A stretch of 64,000 nucleotides of DNA. It comes from Ostrea edulis. Lineage: Eukaryota. Below the pieces are notes generated by a model. That model made no database searches. It was not told the DNA's origin and worked only from the letters and a program-made list of their open reading frames with translations. The stretch spans positions 67,828,001 through 67,892,000 of the forward strand of contig NC_079172.1 of the NCBI RefSeq assembly GCF_947568905.1. The letters run 5' to 3'. Shown here one piece after another: positions 26,194-61,658 of this stretch (position 1 is its first letter; every line of letters starts with the position of its first letter). Both the position numbers and the translations under genes were made by a program.

Positions 26194-27969
26194 TATTTTT
26201 CGAATTAAAGATGAATTACACATCATCGTAATGGCTGACGTCATTTTGAAACACAGATAAAAATATAAGTCTCACCAATACATGTATCTTCCTTTTCAAT
26301 CTGATCGCCTATAGCTGGGTAGTTCAGCGGGATAACGCGTCCACTGTTCATCTGTAAATCATGGGTTGAAGTCTACACAGGAATTTTAATATTTTTACGT
26401 CACCCGAGTCACTCAGGTGACCTATTCTATTGGTCTGTGTCCGTCGTCATCCGTTAACAACTTCTTCATAAAAACTACTGGGCCAATCTTGACCGAATTT
26501 GGTATGTAGCTTTTGTAGTTGAAGAAGATTGGGAATTGAAAATTTCATTACCCCCACCCTAAGGGGCCTTAATTATGGGGTAAAAACTGTAAAATTGATG
26601 TATTTCTTTAGAAATCTTCTTCTTTACTCCTGGGCAGCTAGCAGAGAAAGAGGGTATATAGTAATGATGAGCAATTAAGGAGGTTTCTACTAAAATTGTA
26701 TATTTCGTGACCCCCGGTGCAGGGGTTCTTGTGCAATGGCGTGGCCATATATTGTTACATGTATATAGTGAAAATAAATCATTCCTTTAGAAATGTTCTT
26801 CTCTACCCCTAGGCATCTAGCAGACAAAGTAAAAGTATAGTAATAATGAGCAGTGAAACTTAACTGTCTGCTTTGATACTGTTCGAATTAAGGAGGAATT
26901 GATAACACCTCATCATCATGGCTGACTTCCTTTTGAAACATGGATAAAATCATAAGTATCAGCTAGACTTGTATTTTTATTTTAAATACAATTATCTAGC
27001 TGGATAGCTCAATAGGCTAATGTGTCGATTACTGATCTATATCCTAGGTTTGAGTCAAGCAGCAATTTTATTTTATTCAGATTACTTTCTACTAAAACTG
27101 TATTTTTTAACTAAATAAATTAAATTTCAAAATTTTGATGATGTCTCATATAGATTGACGGTATTGTGAATGCTACGAAATTGATCGCTGTTCATTATCT
27201 TCGTCTTTCATGTACATGTACGTATGATATTTTATAATCAATTTTTATTCCACTTTCTTAACAATGTGCAAGTTATGAAGTTTTTTTTTATGGTTGTTGC
27301 TGTTATTAATAATTCCGCGCAGTCAACATCTTTTTGTAATGCCACCCATTGTCAAGGAATGATGACCATTGCAGCGTTCTCTCATGCTGTAGTGAAGGCG
27401 TGGTTTTATCAATCAGAACGTGATAGTATTTATTTTTAGATGTTTCTCAACCAATCAGAGTTATCTTATTTACATAAAAGTTTAATATCATGTTTTGTGC
27501 ACCACTTTCCTTTTACTATTCTCAGTGTTTTTAGTAAGCCAAGATATTTGAACTGAAAACGCTAGACGTGTAGGCTATTGGAAACTAAATACGTCATTAT
27601 TAAATGACGATTTTTTGTAGAAAGTTAAAGGATATATATCCAAGAAGAAATTGAAAATTGGAAAATAAATGACCCTATAGATAAATGAGAACATGTTAAA
27701 CTATGCATCAAAAACTTGTGTACAAACTATTCTAAACATTTAGCTAACAGTAAGAAAAAACATAATGTTTATAAAAATTCAAATTAAAAAAAATAGAATC
27801 AAAACACTTCTCTGAAATAAACATGAACTATGAACGTATACTTGAGAAAGAAATTGATGATGATTATGCTGATAAATGTAGTGAAGCATACATACGCTCT
27901 TGGTCTATATGGATAGAAAGAGGAGAACAAAGCTCGTCTTACTTTCTAAACCTTCCAAAAAACCTTTAG

Positions 27970-30550
27970 ATTCTTGTATTCCAACATATCTAAAGTTCAA
28001 ATCTACACTCTGTATTTCCTACAAATATACTTCTACTACTGCATCCAAACTTTATAATCATAAACAAACTTGGTAGTGCCTAGATATAGACCATCTTATT
28101 CGCAATCCACCAACGTGTTCGTCTTCTTCATCTTCTTTCACCTATAGTCCTGCTTGACATGTCATTACTGGTGATGTTGATATAGTTGAAAATGAGGACC
28201 TCAAATCACTTGTTTTAAAAGGTTCTAAATACAGAGAACATCGGTCTTTCAATTGGCGACAGAACTTCATCTCTATTATGAATTCTGTCGAAGATTATGT
28301 CCGACAATGGGCTAAATATGGAAACAAACTTGATACATTGTCAGAATGGATTAAACGTATAAGAGGAATATTAAAATTCCGCAATAAACACATCAAAACA
28401 AAAGTACATACCATCTATCCTACTGTGTTTAGTAAACCAGGAGTGATCAAAGATATTAGATAGGTTACATAAGAAATATGTTGGTTCCAGCTGACAAAGC
28501 TTGTAACAACATTGTCTTTGTTTGTATGGCTCATTATTACAAGAAAGGTGAAGATAACTGTCTTTAAACGAACTTGGTATTAATTTCACTTTTGGTGATC
28601 CTACTTATACTCACTTCCCTTTCAAAACATCATATTCTTCAAACCCATGCTTCAATTGTAGATTCATTTAATATCCCTGTCAATGGGTCGGATGAATGAT
28701 TTATCGTACCTATACTGGATTCCTAAACTTCATAAAAACCCTTACAAAAATATACCTTTCAGGATCCAGTAAATGATCTACCAAGCCCCTATCTTTGCTC
28801 CTCACGAAAATATTAACAGCTCTGAAGGAGAAACTTCAAACATACTGTGAGACTACATATGACAGAGTTGTGTAAATCAAATGTGGATTCTAAAAAATAC
28901 TAAAGAACTTTTACTAAATTTGAAATTGCTAAACTTTCGCAAATCAGCAACATCAAAACGCGTGACTTTTCAAAACTTTGCAAGACCATTCCTCTTGATA
29001 AATTGAAGACTAGACTTTTTTTACATTATAGACAGTTGCTTCTCTCAACAAAAATGGAAAACGGAAATATTCATATCTAGTTATCAGTCATCCAAAAAAT
29101 TACTTTCTTAAAAACCACTCTGATTCCACGCACAAGTACTCTGAAGTTGAAATAAAAGATATGTTGGAGTTCCTCATTGACAATATATTCGTAGTCTTTG
29201 GTAATCAGGTCTTCCAACATTCCATTGGAATTCCCATGGGCACCAATTGTACTCCTTTGTTAGCTGACCTGTTGTTTATTCTTATGAAGAATATATTTTA
29301 AAACTTTTATGTGAGAAGAAAAAATCTCTTGTTGTGGCCTTCAATTCGACATTTAGATATATCGACGACGTTTATTCATTAACAATAATCATTTTCATTC
29401 ATAAGTCGATTCGATATATGCCAATGAACGCGAAATTAAAGACACCACAGAGTCCTCCAACAGGATTATTTTAATTTCTCCGTCGTCAACTTCCCATATT
29501 TGTGTAGCAATATTCCATTATCACCTGCATATGGGGTTTATATATCTCAACTGATTCGATATGCAAGGGCTTGTTCTGCGTATGTCCAGTTTTTAAATCG
29601 AGGCAAGAAATTAAGAAAGAAGTTGATGTTTCGGAGCTTTCAACATACCCGTTTAAATTCAGAATTTTGCAAATTATATGATCGTTATAATGATCTAGTT
29701 TGTCAGTACAACCTCTCATTGGGTCAAATGCTGACTGGTGTGTTTTATATCCGTTGTTAGGCCGTTTTAGCACTATGAATTGGACTATGGATTACTTTGT
29801 TTACCTGATGAAGATATGGAGCTCACGGCGGATGTGACCGTTCGACATAGGATGCCTTTTCCTCCTTGGCACCTGATCCAATCTCTGGTATGTCAAGGGG
29901 ACCGTGTTTGCCCAATTCTATTTTGTATTCCTTATAGGAGTTATGAGATCGATCATTGTTCGTTATCTTCATCTTTTTATTAACAACATTCATTTTCATT
30001 CACATGTCAATTCAATATATCCTAGTGAACTCGAAATTAAAGACACCACAGAATTTTCCATATCTGCTTTGTACTTAGATATTTTATTGTACATAGATGC
30101 TAACGGCAAACTAACAACTCAAATTTATGACAAACGGGATAATTTCAGCTTCTCTGACATTAACTTCCCATATCTATATGGCAATATTCCATTATCACCT
30201 GCATATGGTGTTTATATATCTCAATTGATTCGATACGCAAGATGTTGGTCTGTTTATGATCGAGGCAAGCTACTTAAAGGTTGATTTTAAAGGGGTTTCA
30301 ACAGTCTCGTTAAAAGTCGTCATTTCGCAAATTCTATGCTCATTATAACGATCTAGTTTGCATTTTTAACCTGTCATTGGATAAACTGCTGTCTGACGTG
30401 TTTCACGTCGGTGTGACCGGTCGACATTGAATGCTTACTCCTCCGAGTCACCTGATCCCACCTCTGAAATATCTAGGAGTCCTTGTTTGCCCAAATCTTC
30501 ATTTTGTATTCCTTATAGAAGTTATATTCACCTTTTCTATTGTTATCTTC
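27970..30550 (+). mobile_element. Degenerate Penelope-like fragments, duplicated together with the HSPA12 3' flank
   Basis: Collinear and near-identical to 13005-15620 (GIPMGTNC, FRYIDDV, SPAYGVYISQLIRYARAC), followed by a second fragment similar to 15880-16390. Confidence 0.8.
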
Positions 30551-31140
30551 TGATCTTTGACTATGTTTTATTCTGAATGTCTTAATTGAAAAAAAAAAAT
30601 CATTTGTAAAACATCTCTCCATTTCTTTAACATCTGTTTGAACAAAAGGAAAAAAATTGAAATCAAATTTATATGAAAAATACATTGATTTTATTGTTCG
30701 GGGTTTTTTGGCTTATTTTACACCTGGATCACTAAATGCCTTTTCCCTAAATATCGGTAGTGAGGAGTTGTGAGAGAAACGACCGGCTTGCTCCATGGGC
30801 TAAGAGTAACAGTCACATGAGATGTAACATGTTTAAATGAGAGACGGAGACAAAATTCTGTGTCGGCTACTATTTCATTAAAGGAAAATTTACAATGTTG
30901 TCTTTCAATTTCAATTTGAATTCTAACCTTACACAATTATCAAAGTTAACTAAAGAAGTAGATGTTCATACTGTTCATCCATAGCCAATTTCACTGGTGT
31001 GTTATTCATCCTTAGGTTGTATCTGAAAACCCATGATTCTTACTTCTAAATGCCGAGCGTTTAGCAAAGGAGGATTCACTACCTGTGTTTGACGCCGCCA
31101 TGGCACGAAAGACCTCCCATTTACGAAGTGGGCGTTCTAC

Positions 31141-31263
31141 CACTGAGCTACCACGGCTGCCAACATGAAATGAACAAGCTTCACTGAGCTACCACGGCTG
31201 CCAACATGAAATGAACAAGCTTCACTGAGCTACCACGGCTGCCAACATGAAATGAACAAGCTT
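31141..31263. repeat. 41-bp tandem repeat x3 at a SINE-like head
   Basis: Unit cactgagctaccacggctgccaacatgaaatgaacaagctt, three perfect copies. Confidence 0.9.
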
Positions 31264-31461
31264 CATGATAGTATTTGATCGATTGAATTTAACAAATACT
31301 ATGTAAAGCAAACATATTAGATACCACCATGACTTTATATTGAAGCTTGATATGTTCGATAATATCTTTTTGCCATTAATTTAGGAATATAACAATAACT
31401 CATTCGTAGGATCATTAAATCATACAACCATGATCGTCTTTCTAAAACTATGATATACAAT

Positions 31462-31589
31462 NNNNNNNNNNNNNNNNNNNNNNNNNNNNNNNNNNNNNNN
31501 NNNNNNNNNNNNNNNNNNNNNNNNNNNNNNNNNNNNNNNNNNNNNNNNNNNNNNNNNNNNNNNNNNNNNNNNNNNNNNNNNNNNNNNNN
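31462..31589. other. Assembly gap / masked N run (128 N)
   Basis: Run of N. Confidence 0.97.
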
Positions 31590-31888
31590 GATTCATAGAG
31601 TAAAAACTTCCACCCTGGTATATTTTTACAACAGTATACTGATTGTTCAGAGATAACGCTTGTCATAGTCCGATAAAAATTCTTAAAATGCAATCAGCGT
31701 GTCGTATTGAATTTAAACTAACCGTGGCCGAGTTACACTTAAAACGAAAGTACGTTATTTTATAAGTGACATAAAGGACGCCCGGATAGCAACAGATTTT
31801 GACTTGTTAATTTTACCACTCAGTGGCAGTTTCGCGAAACACCCTATAGCAACAGATGCTGGTTTTATTTATGGATATATCATTCTAG

Positions 31889-34800
31889 ATGGATACAGAA
31901 ATCAACCCATGGCCCGTTGTGTGTGCTATTGACTTTGGGACTACATACAGTGGATATGCTTATTCCATGCGTACTGACTATGAGAGGAATCCCCTGTGTA
32001 TCGAGGCGAACCCAGCCTGGTTCAACGACGGCCAAGGAACAATGAAAACGCCTACGTGTATTCTATTCGACAAGTCCAAAAACTTTCACTCGTTTGGGTA
32101 TGAGGCTGAGAGGAAGTATGCCTCTTTAGCAGAAAAAGCTCAAGAGGGACAGAATGGGGATGAAGATGAGGATGATGACGACGAAGACGACGAAGATGAC
32201 GAAGACAGTGGTAGCGACGAGAAGGAAAGGGGGAGCAGAAGAGAAGACAATCTTGAAGATTGGCTTTTCTTCCGGAGATTTAAAATGAACCTTTTCCAGA
32301 ATGAAGATTCGACAGTGGTACGTTTTAAAATTAGTCATATTAATAACATGTTTATCGTTACCTGCGTGTGATATTCTCATATCTGTAAAAACCATATTTT
32401 GCATCATTTCAAATCAATCTACAACGGAAAAATATTACGACGTACGTGTATTTACAAAATATCACACATCACAAGGGATATTAGTTAGGTTTCATAAAAG
32501 CATATCAAATGTAAAGTGTTCTGGGAAATGCCTTGGAATCAGAAGCCCATATTGATAGCATCTCAAAAACGTTGTGGGGATGAAAGTTAGATAATGTACA
32601 TGATTGCAACTCCTTTCAACCTTTGTAATTATTTAATTTCCTACTTCATGTTCATTCTAGAATGTGAATAGAATACGCTTTAAACTACAGATATACGGTC
32701 CTATTTTCAGAGAAGAAGGAAGTTAAACAAATTACATTTGAGTGCAGAAAATGGAGAAAAACTTCCAGCCTTGACAGTATTTTCAGAAGCCATAAGATAT
32801 CTCAAAAGACACTTTGAAAGTTTACTGGAGAATACAACACTGCGACAAGATGGCAGTCGAAGCAACAGTCCTATAATATCAGCAGACGATGCACAACAAT
32901 TATCAGACGACAGTGAATGTACGCAGAACTCTAATGCATCACAGGACAATTTGGAAACAATGAAGAATTCCGATTCGAACGTTTTATCTTGGTCTGACGA
33001 TATTTTGTGGGTTCTAACTGTTCCTGCTATTTGGTCTGACGAAGCCAAACAGTTCATGAGAGAAGCTGCTATTCAGGTACCGCTAGTGAAATGTTAAACC
33101 ATTGCCAGCTGAATTGCACATTAAATGTACCTGTTCGAATTTGACGGTTATTTAGTAACTTGACTATTCTATGAAATGCATTACGATTATCATGATGTAT
33201 GTATGCATTATGAAATGAATTTTCCTGAGTTTCGGACGGTCAATTTATAGTAACTTGATTATTCTATCGTAGGCCGGTATTGAGGATGATAAACTGGTTT
33301 TGGCATTAGAGCCGGAGTCGGCAGCTCTGCTTTGTAAACAGCTAGCCCTAACTAAAGGCGTTGACGACATCAACATCAAGATGTTTGACACCGGAAGCAA
33401 GTTCATGGTGGTAGACTGTGGAGGTAGGTTGTCGATCTTAAGGTTGATCGATCCTCAACTGATGTCATAGGTTTTTGCAAAAATCTTAATAAATTTAACT
33501 TTGCGCATGATAGAAATATATCTTTCTGAGGAATTTTATTCACTGGATATAATAAAAAATCTGATAAACTATCAATCTGAAAAAGTTTATATTTTCCATA
33601 GATAATGAATTATTCATGATTTAAAAAATTTATCAAAGGCAATAACTCCTATGCTGGAATTTCCTCTACTGGATGTCTATCATACACTGGTTTCCCTAAT
33701 GTCAACAATTAATCTATACATATTTATGAATTAGCATTATTTTAAAAAATTGTTTATACTTAAATTTTGTCATTTCAACAAGTTTTTATATATTCTTATT
33801 ATTCTGTTTAACGAAAATGTGGATTTTCTTATGTTGATGTACACGTCTGTTTTTGTATGTCTGACATCTTGAAAAAGGTGGCAACATATACATTTTCTTT
33901 AGTTATTAATTAAATTAAACTATATTGAGTGGAAATTAATAAAGTTTTTCTACTTTTAACCATTAATATTAATAACTCATACGAGGATGGATCTACCTTA
34001 AGTGATTCTATATCCATGCTTAGTAATGCAGTTCATTCTATCTAGCAATAAAACAAAATACTAGGTCAACTAAAGCAAACTCTTCAAAACTGCTGCAATG
34101 TGGAATACTTCGGAATCGTTTTAATTCGTCAGGGCTGTGTTTTGTGATTTGTTGAGATTTTACACTTATGGTAGGATTTGATTCCATGTTCTGTATATGT
34201 TTTTTTGTAAATTGGAACATTATGTTATATAAATTGTGCTACGTGTTTGTAGGCGGTACAGTAGATGTAACAGCTTATGAGGTGAAAGACAGCAACTCTC
34301 TGAGAGAAATACACTGTGCCTCAGGGAATGACGTAGGAGGAACCAATGTCGACAGACTGTTCTTCGATCTAATACAAGATATTTTTGGGAAGAAAGCAGT
34401 CAAATGTTTCAAAGACAAATCCCCGTCTGATTATTTAGAACTGTTGAGAAGCTTTGAAACGAAGAAACGCGGCATCGAACAAGAAAATCCCGATGAGGAA
34501 AAGGCTGAAACAATTACTTTTTCAAACCTTTCGGATCTTTTCAAAGAATGCAGCAATGCTAACCAGTACAATGATAAAGCAGTAACCTCACGAATACAAG
34601 AGATGGGCTTGAAGAAGAAAATAAAATCATTCAGTCGTGCAAAGTTACGCTTTGATGCGAATTATTTGATTGAGGCTGTCTTTAAAGGGCCAATTTCGGC
34701 CATAGTAAGTCACCTACAAAATCTCTATCAAAATGAGAAGGTAGCTGAAATCGATATTATTTTACTTGTGGGTGGCTTCTCCGAATGTCCGTTATTACGG

Positions 34801-35391
34801 AAAGCTATTAGAGCTCAATTTCCCAACCGAAATGTGATAAATCCGCGAGAAGGAAGCATCGCTGTGATGAAAGGGGCTGTTCTGTTTGGACACAGCCCCG
34901 AAAATATGATACGGAAATACATACAACTAGGACAAGTACTTCCATCCAATGAGACCCAGGGTATTATCCGGAAAAGCAAGGCGTATTATGGCGTCGCTAC
35001 AGACGTCCCTTTCATTGAAGATGAACATTCACAGATACATAAATTTATCAGAGAGGGTGGGGAGGTGATGTGCACGGACATCTTTGATTGCTTGATTGAA
35101 AAAAACCAGGAACTGAGGATAGATACTGTCATAGAAAAAACATTTTGTTCATCCAACTGTTATGAGGCGAACGTTGAAATTTACCGATCTGACAAAAAGA
35201 CCCGTTATTGTTCTGATGAGGGTTGCAAAAGGATTGGACAAATTCCGGCTGTATTTTCATCAGGTGGTCATTCTTCTGAAAAAAGATTGTTTAAAATCCA
35301 GCTACATTTTGGGTTTACGGAGAAAATAGCCACAGCTGTTGATCTTACAACACAACGATCTTGGAAAGTGAAACTTAACTGTCTTCTTTGA
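31889..35391 (+). CDS. HSPA12A: Heat shock 70 kDa protein 12A-like, copy 3 (694 aa predicted)
   Basis: Exons 31889-32317, 32711-33076, 33273-33423 and 34253-35391 total 2085 nt in frame, with the same motifs. Confidence 0.92.
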
Positions 35392-36529
35392 TATTGTTCA
35401 AATTAAGGAGAAATTACACATCATCGTAATGGCTGACTTCATTTTGAAACACAGCTAAATATATAAGTCTCACCAATACATGTATCTTCCTTTACAATTT
35501 GATCACCAATAGCTGGGTAGTTCAGCGGGATAACGCGTCCACTATCGCCTATAGCTGGGTAGTTCAGCGGGATAACGCGTCCACTGTTCATCTGTAAATC
35601 ATGGGTTAAAGTCTAGCAGGAATTTTAATATTTTTACGTCACCCGAGTCACTCAGTTGACCTAGTCTGCGTCCGTCGTCATCTGTTAACAACTTCTTTTC
35701 AAAAACTACTGGGCCAATCTTGATCGAATTTGGTATGTGTTGGTGTATTAGAATTCATTTTAAACATATTTACATATGTATATATAAAGTTGTGAATAAG
35801 TATACATTTCTGATCTAAATGATAAATTTGCTGACAAGAAAAATTGGTTTCATTCTTTTACATTTTTAAGAACATGATTATTTGCATCGTTATGATTAAT
35901 TCTTATTCCTAAAGGTTGGACTGCAGACAGTCTATTTCAGCCTGCTCCCTTCCTTCCTCGTTATGAAGCTGATGACAATATCTCTAGATTATGTATCATC
36001 TGAAAGACAGGATACCCAAAATCAGACGAATTGAAACTTTTCTTTTATCATACTTGAGTCCAATGATCACTGTTCTTTATCTTCACCCTTTTCATATATA
36101 AGATAAGAGAAGAAATATTTGCCTTCTTTTATATATGACCCTCGTCTATTTATAAAATAAGAAGGGATTTTTTATCTTACATATAAAGAAGCGTCATATA
36201 TAAAAAAGGCAAATATTCCGCGACATGTCCCTGTGGTTTACCGAAATAATTTCAGATAGTTGAAGTAAACTGATCGAGTAGTGTTCAGTAAATGATTGAT
36301 GACGAAATTGGTTATTTGTATTCGAGAATTCTGTAGAAAGTTAATTTTTACATTCTGATGTTTCTCTATCTAGTGTTCACACAGAATGGGTTATTTCCAC
36401 CCCCTTTTTTTATTCCGTCAATGGTTGAATACAGTGTATCTTAGTATGTAGGAGTGTGGGTGATTCTCGTGTAGTTAACTAAGTCATTGTGTTTCTGTTA
36501 GTAGGCAAGTTCATATGCATCTGTCAATA

Positions 36530-36730
36530 CTGAACTGATATGTAAATTATCTCTCAGTAGTACTGTCAGTAGATAAATTGTGTAAATTATCTCTCAGTAG
36601 ATAAATTGATATAAATTATCTCTCAGTAGCACTATAGGTAGGTAAATTGATACAAATTATCTCTCAGTAGCACTGTCAGTAGGTAAATCTATATAAATTA
36701 TCTCTCGGTAGCACTGTCAGTGGGTAAATT
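36530..36730. repeat. Degenerate ~38-bp minisatellite
   Basis: Core aaattatctctcagtagcactgtcagtaggtaaatt recurs about 5 times. Confidence 0.8.
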
Positions 36731-39700
36731 ATCATACGACCAACATCTTACTGGTTTGTTTTTATGCTCCATTAATCGGAGATTCGGGGGCATATATAGT
36801 TTTTGTTATGCTTGTCCGTTTATGTGCCTGTCTGTAGTATCAGCAAATTTTAACATTGCCCATAACTTTTGAATGAATGGTGATAGGGCTTCAATATTTC
36901 ACATGTGTATTCTTTGTGACAAGATCTTGAGGTACCGTGATTACTTTGCCGCTATACGGGGTATCAGTGTTTCGCAAACTCATTTTGTACAATTATTAAA
37001 TGGTTACAAGACAAATACAACGAAATACATTTTGAAACTGCTTACAAATGTTGAGAGAATCTAAGGAGTGAGACGAGATTAATCTAAAAAATCAGAGTCA
37101 CGCCAAGAGAAATTCACAACGGATTTCTAGTGGCAGCAATATTTTTGCGCTTTTCGTGTTCGTCTGCTTTCAATAATTTATGCACATTACTAATATCTGT
37201 ACATCATAGAACCCAAAATCAATGTAATCATGTATGTTTATCTCGTGCCAAGCATTTTGAGTGAAAGGTGAAGATAACGAACAGTGATCAATCTCATAAC
37301 TCCTATAATCAATACAAAATAAAGAGTTGGGCAAACACAGACCCCTGGATATACCAGAGGTGGGATAAGGTGCCTAGGAGGAGTAGCATCCGGGGTCGAC
37401 CGGTCACACCCGCCTTGAGGCCGATAATGAGTGTAATTAGTTCACCAAAACATCAGTTTCCCCGACATGCACCACGTTAACTTATTAAAATAAGTTTATA
37501 GTCCTTTTATCAATGTCCTCAGTTCACTTTGCTTGTCGTAAGACACGACAAAATGGGCCCCTCTTCGGAAGAGAAAAAAACCGTAAGCGCCGAGCACAGA
37601 CCTAAATTTCACCGGCAATGGTGACGTCTCCCTATGACTTAAAAAAAATTCTCGAGCAATGCGTTAAACAATATACAACTAAGCAACCTTTTATCAACAT
37701 TTATTGTAATGTTAAATTAACAACATCGGCAATCAGCAAAACAGAATGTGACATGAGCAAAGATTATAAAACATGTTTGTGTTTATCATGGGGCTGTTGT
37801 CAACTCCGACATACACACTTATGATGGGAATTCAACACGTGACTTAATTACCAGGCTCAACAGAGTAAGAATACACTCAAGTGAAAAATGTAAGACAGCG
37901 AGAAGGGAACTCTTTCATAAATAATATTGAATACAAAATTGAGAGCAGGACTAACATGAACCATTGAAACCGCCATACGTGGGATCAGGTACCTAGGAGA
38001 GGTAAGCATCCCTGTTAGGGTAAGCATCCCTGTTGACTGGTTACATCTGTCATGTGAGCCCTATATCTTGATAAAGTCTTAATTTTTAAATTTGATCCAA
38101 TACTTAAAATACTGACAATTATAGGTCTATTTAACATTGCATGCAGAGACTGCATTTTAAACAGGATTGAAAATGTAAATAAGGTATTTATGTGAAATCC
38201 TATTTTGGACTCGAGTCTATCCTCAGTTTCTGGATATGGAGCCAGATCACTCATTTTCTCTGTGTCACACGCACACACCATCCCATTCTCAATCATACAA
38301 CAACAGGATGAATTACGAATTCTGGATTTCTTTATATGAGGGTACTGTTTTCAAGATGCAAGATTTGGGTATGAAAATAATACAAAGACTTATTGCCATT
38401 GGAAGAATACTCAGTGGTAAAGGCCAGAATTTCTGAAATACGAATCACATATAATCTGTAGATATGAAGCATGATGAAATAACGCATACTCTCCATTCAC
38501 AGATCATCAGTATATTATGCTGTGTACAGACTTCTGATGCCTGACAAAGATATAGCAATGAATATCATGTCTCCATAATTAAAGTGAAATTTCCTGCAGA
38601 TAAAAATCTCATTTCGTCCTTTTTTACAAAGAAGGAATTTACTGTCACATCTTATCTTAATTTCTGATAATTTTGCACAGGATATTAATAAAAAAAAAAT
38701 TAAAAATACAACAGCATAATACTGTCAGAAGGCCTTGCATTCAAATGCTCGCCTGGGTCCCTTATTCCTAGAGCAACAAATCTTAAGACAATTAAACCCT
38801 TTACTACACTACACCACAGGAGAATACTTGAGTTATACGTGTCGACTAGTTGTTCTAGAGAAGGCTTTTAAGGTTTTCTTCTCTTCATTGTCCTAAGTAA
38901 AATTTTATAATTACCAACACTGTGGTCCTACAAGAACCCATGATTTGAACCAGCTAGAATCTAATCAACAGCTGAAATCAGCACACTAATCCAAAAAATT
39001 GTAGCCTTGTCCTTGAAAAGATTTTTTCTCATACATAAGAACCTATTTTGTCCTTTGGCAACATAAAATTCTCTCATAAGTTTTGCTCAGAGTAGGGGGA
39101 TAAATAACCTTTCCCTGAAAAGAACATGCCCCATAATTTGAAGAACTGTACTAAAAAATATCAAATATGGTTCAGTGTTTCTGAAGAACAAATAAATAAT
39201 GTAAAATATTTGAATTTTACGTACAGTACAACGTACACAGAGAGGAATCTAGATATAAAACTTTGATCAGAATATAAAGATCTGATCTAGTTAGTAGCTG
39301 AACTTGTGTTACTATATCAGAACTGTGATTTGCATAAATCATTGTCATTTTAACAAATATATTTGAGATTATCATTTTACAATTTTTTCCCAATTCTCTC
39401 TCTTCTCATCATGCTCACACATGTATACAAGTCAAACAATCAACCACCTTTCAACAAAAACTTATAAGAATAAAATTATACAGTATGACACATAGCACCA
39501 AAAAAGGCATTTCATTCATTAAAACTTTTGATATATCATAATACATGTACAATTTTGGTGTACAAAAGAAATTCCTATGACACTAATCAGCAGAAGAGAA
39601 CATAAATGACTTCAGTGTATGAACACTGGATGATATGGTGGCCTGGTTGTGGGTCACATTCCTAGCAGGTTGAGCTCCTTTTGTGTCTGGGATGACTTGA

Positions 39701-39912
39701 TGAAAAATAACATGAGCACCAAAGCTCGGAGCTGAACGAGCTAGATGGCAGCACAGTTCCTGCAACACTAGGTGTCAGCACAAAGACACATGACCCCAGC
39801 ACTGACACCATACCATTAACAGGGAGTAATGTGTCAATCAGTGATGAGTCACCAGATGGCAGCACTGTCAGTGCACCACTAGATGGCAGTACTGGCTCTA
39901 TAACACTAGAGG

Positions 39913-61658
<21,746 letters not shown>

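Noticed and set aside
8591-33057. Antisense ORFs overlapping HSPA12 exons (e.g. 9230-9580, 24004-24309, 32707-33057)
   Set aside because: They are shadow frames of real exons; their recurrence only reflects the gene duplication.
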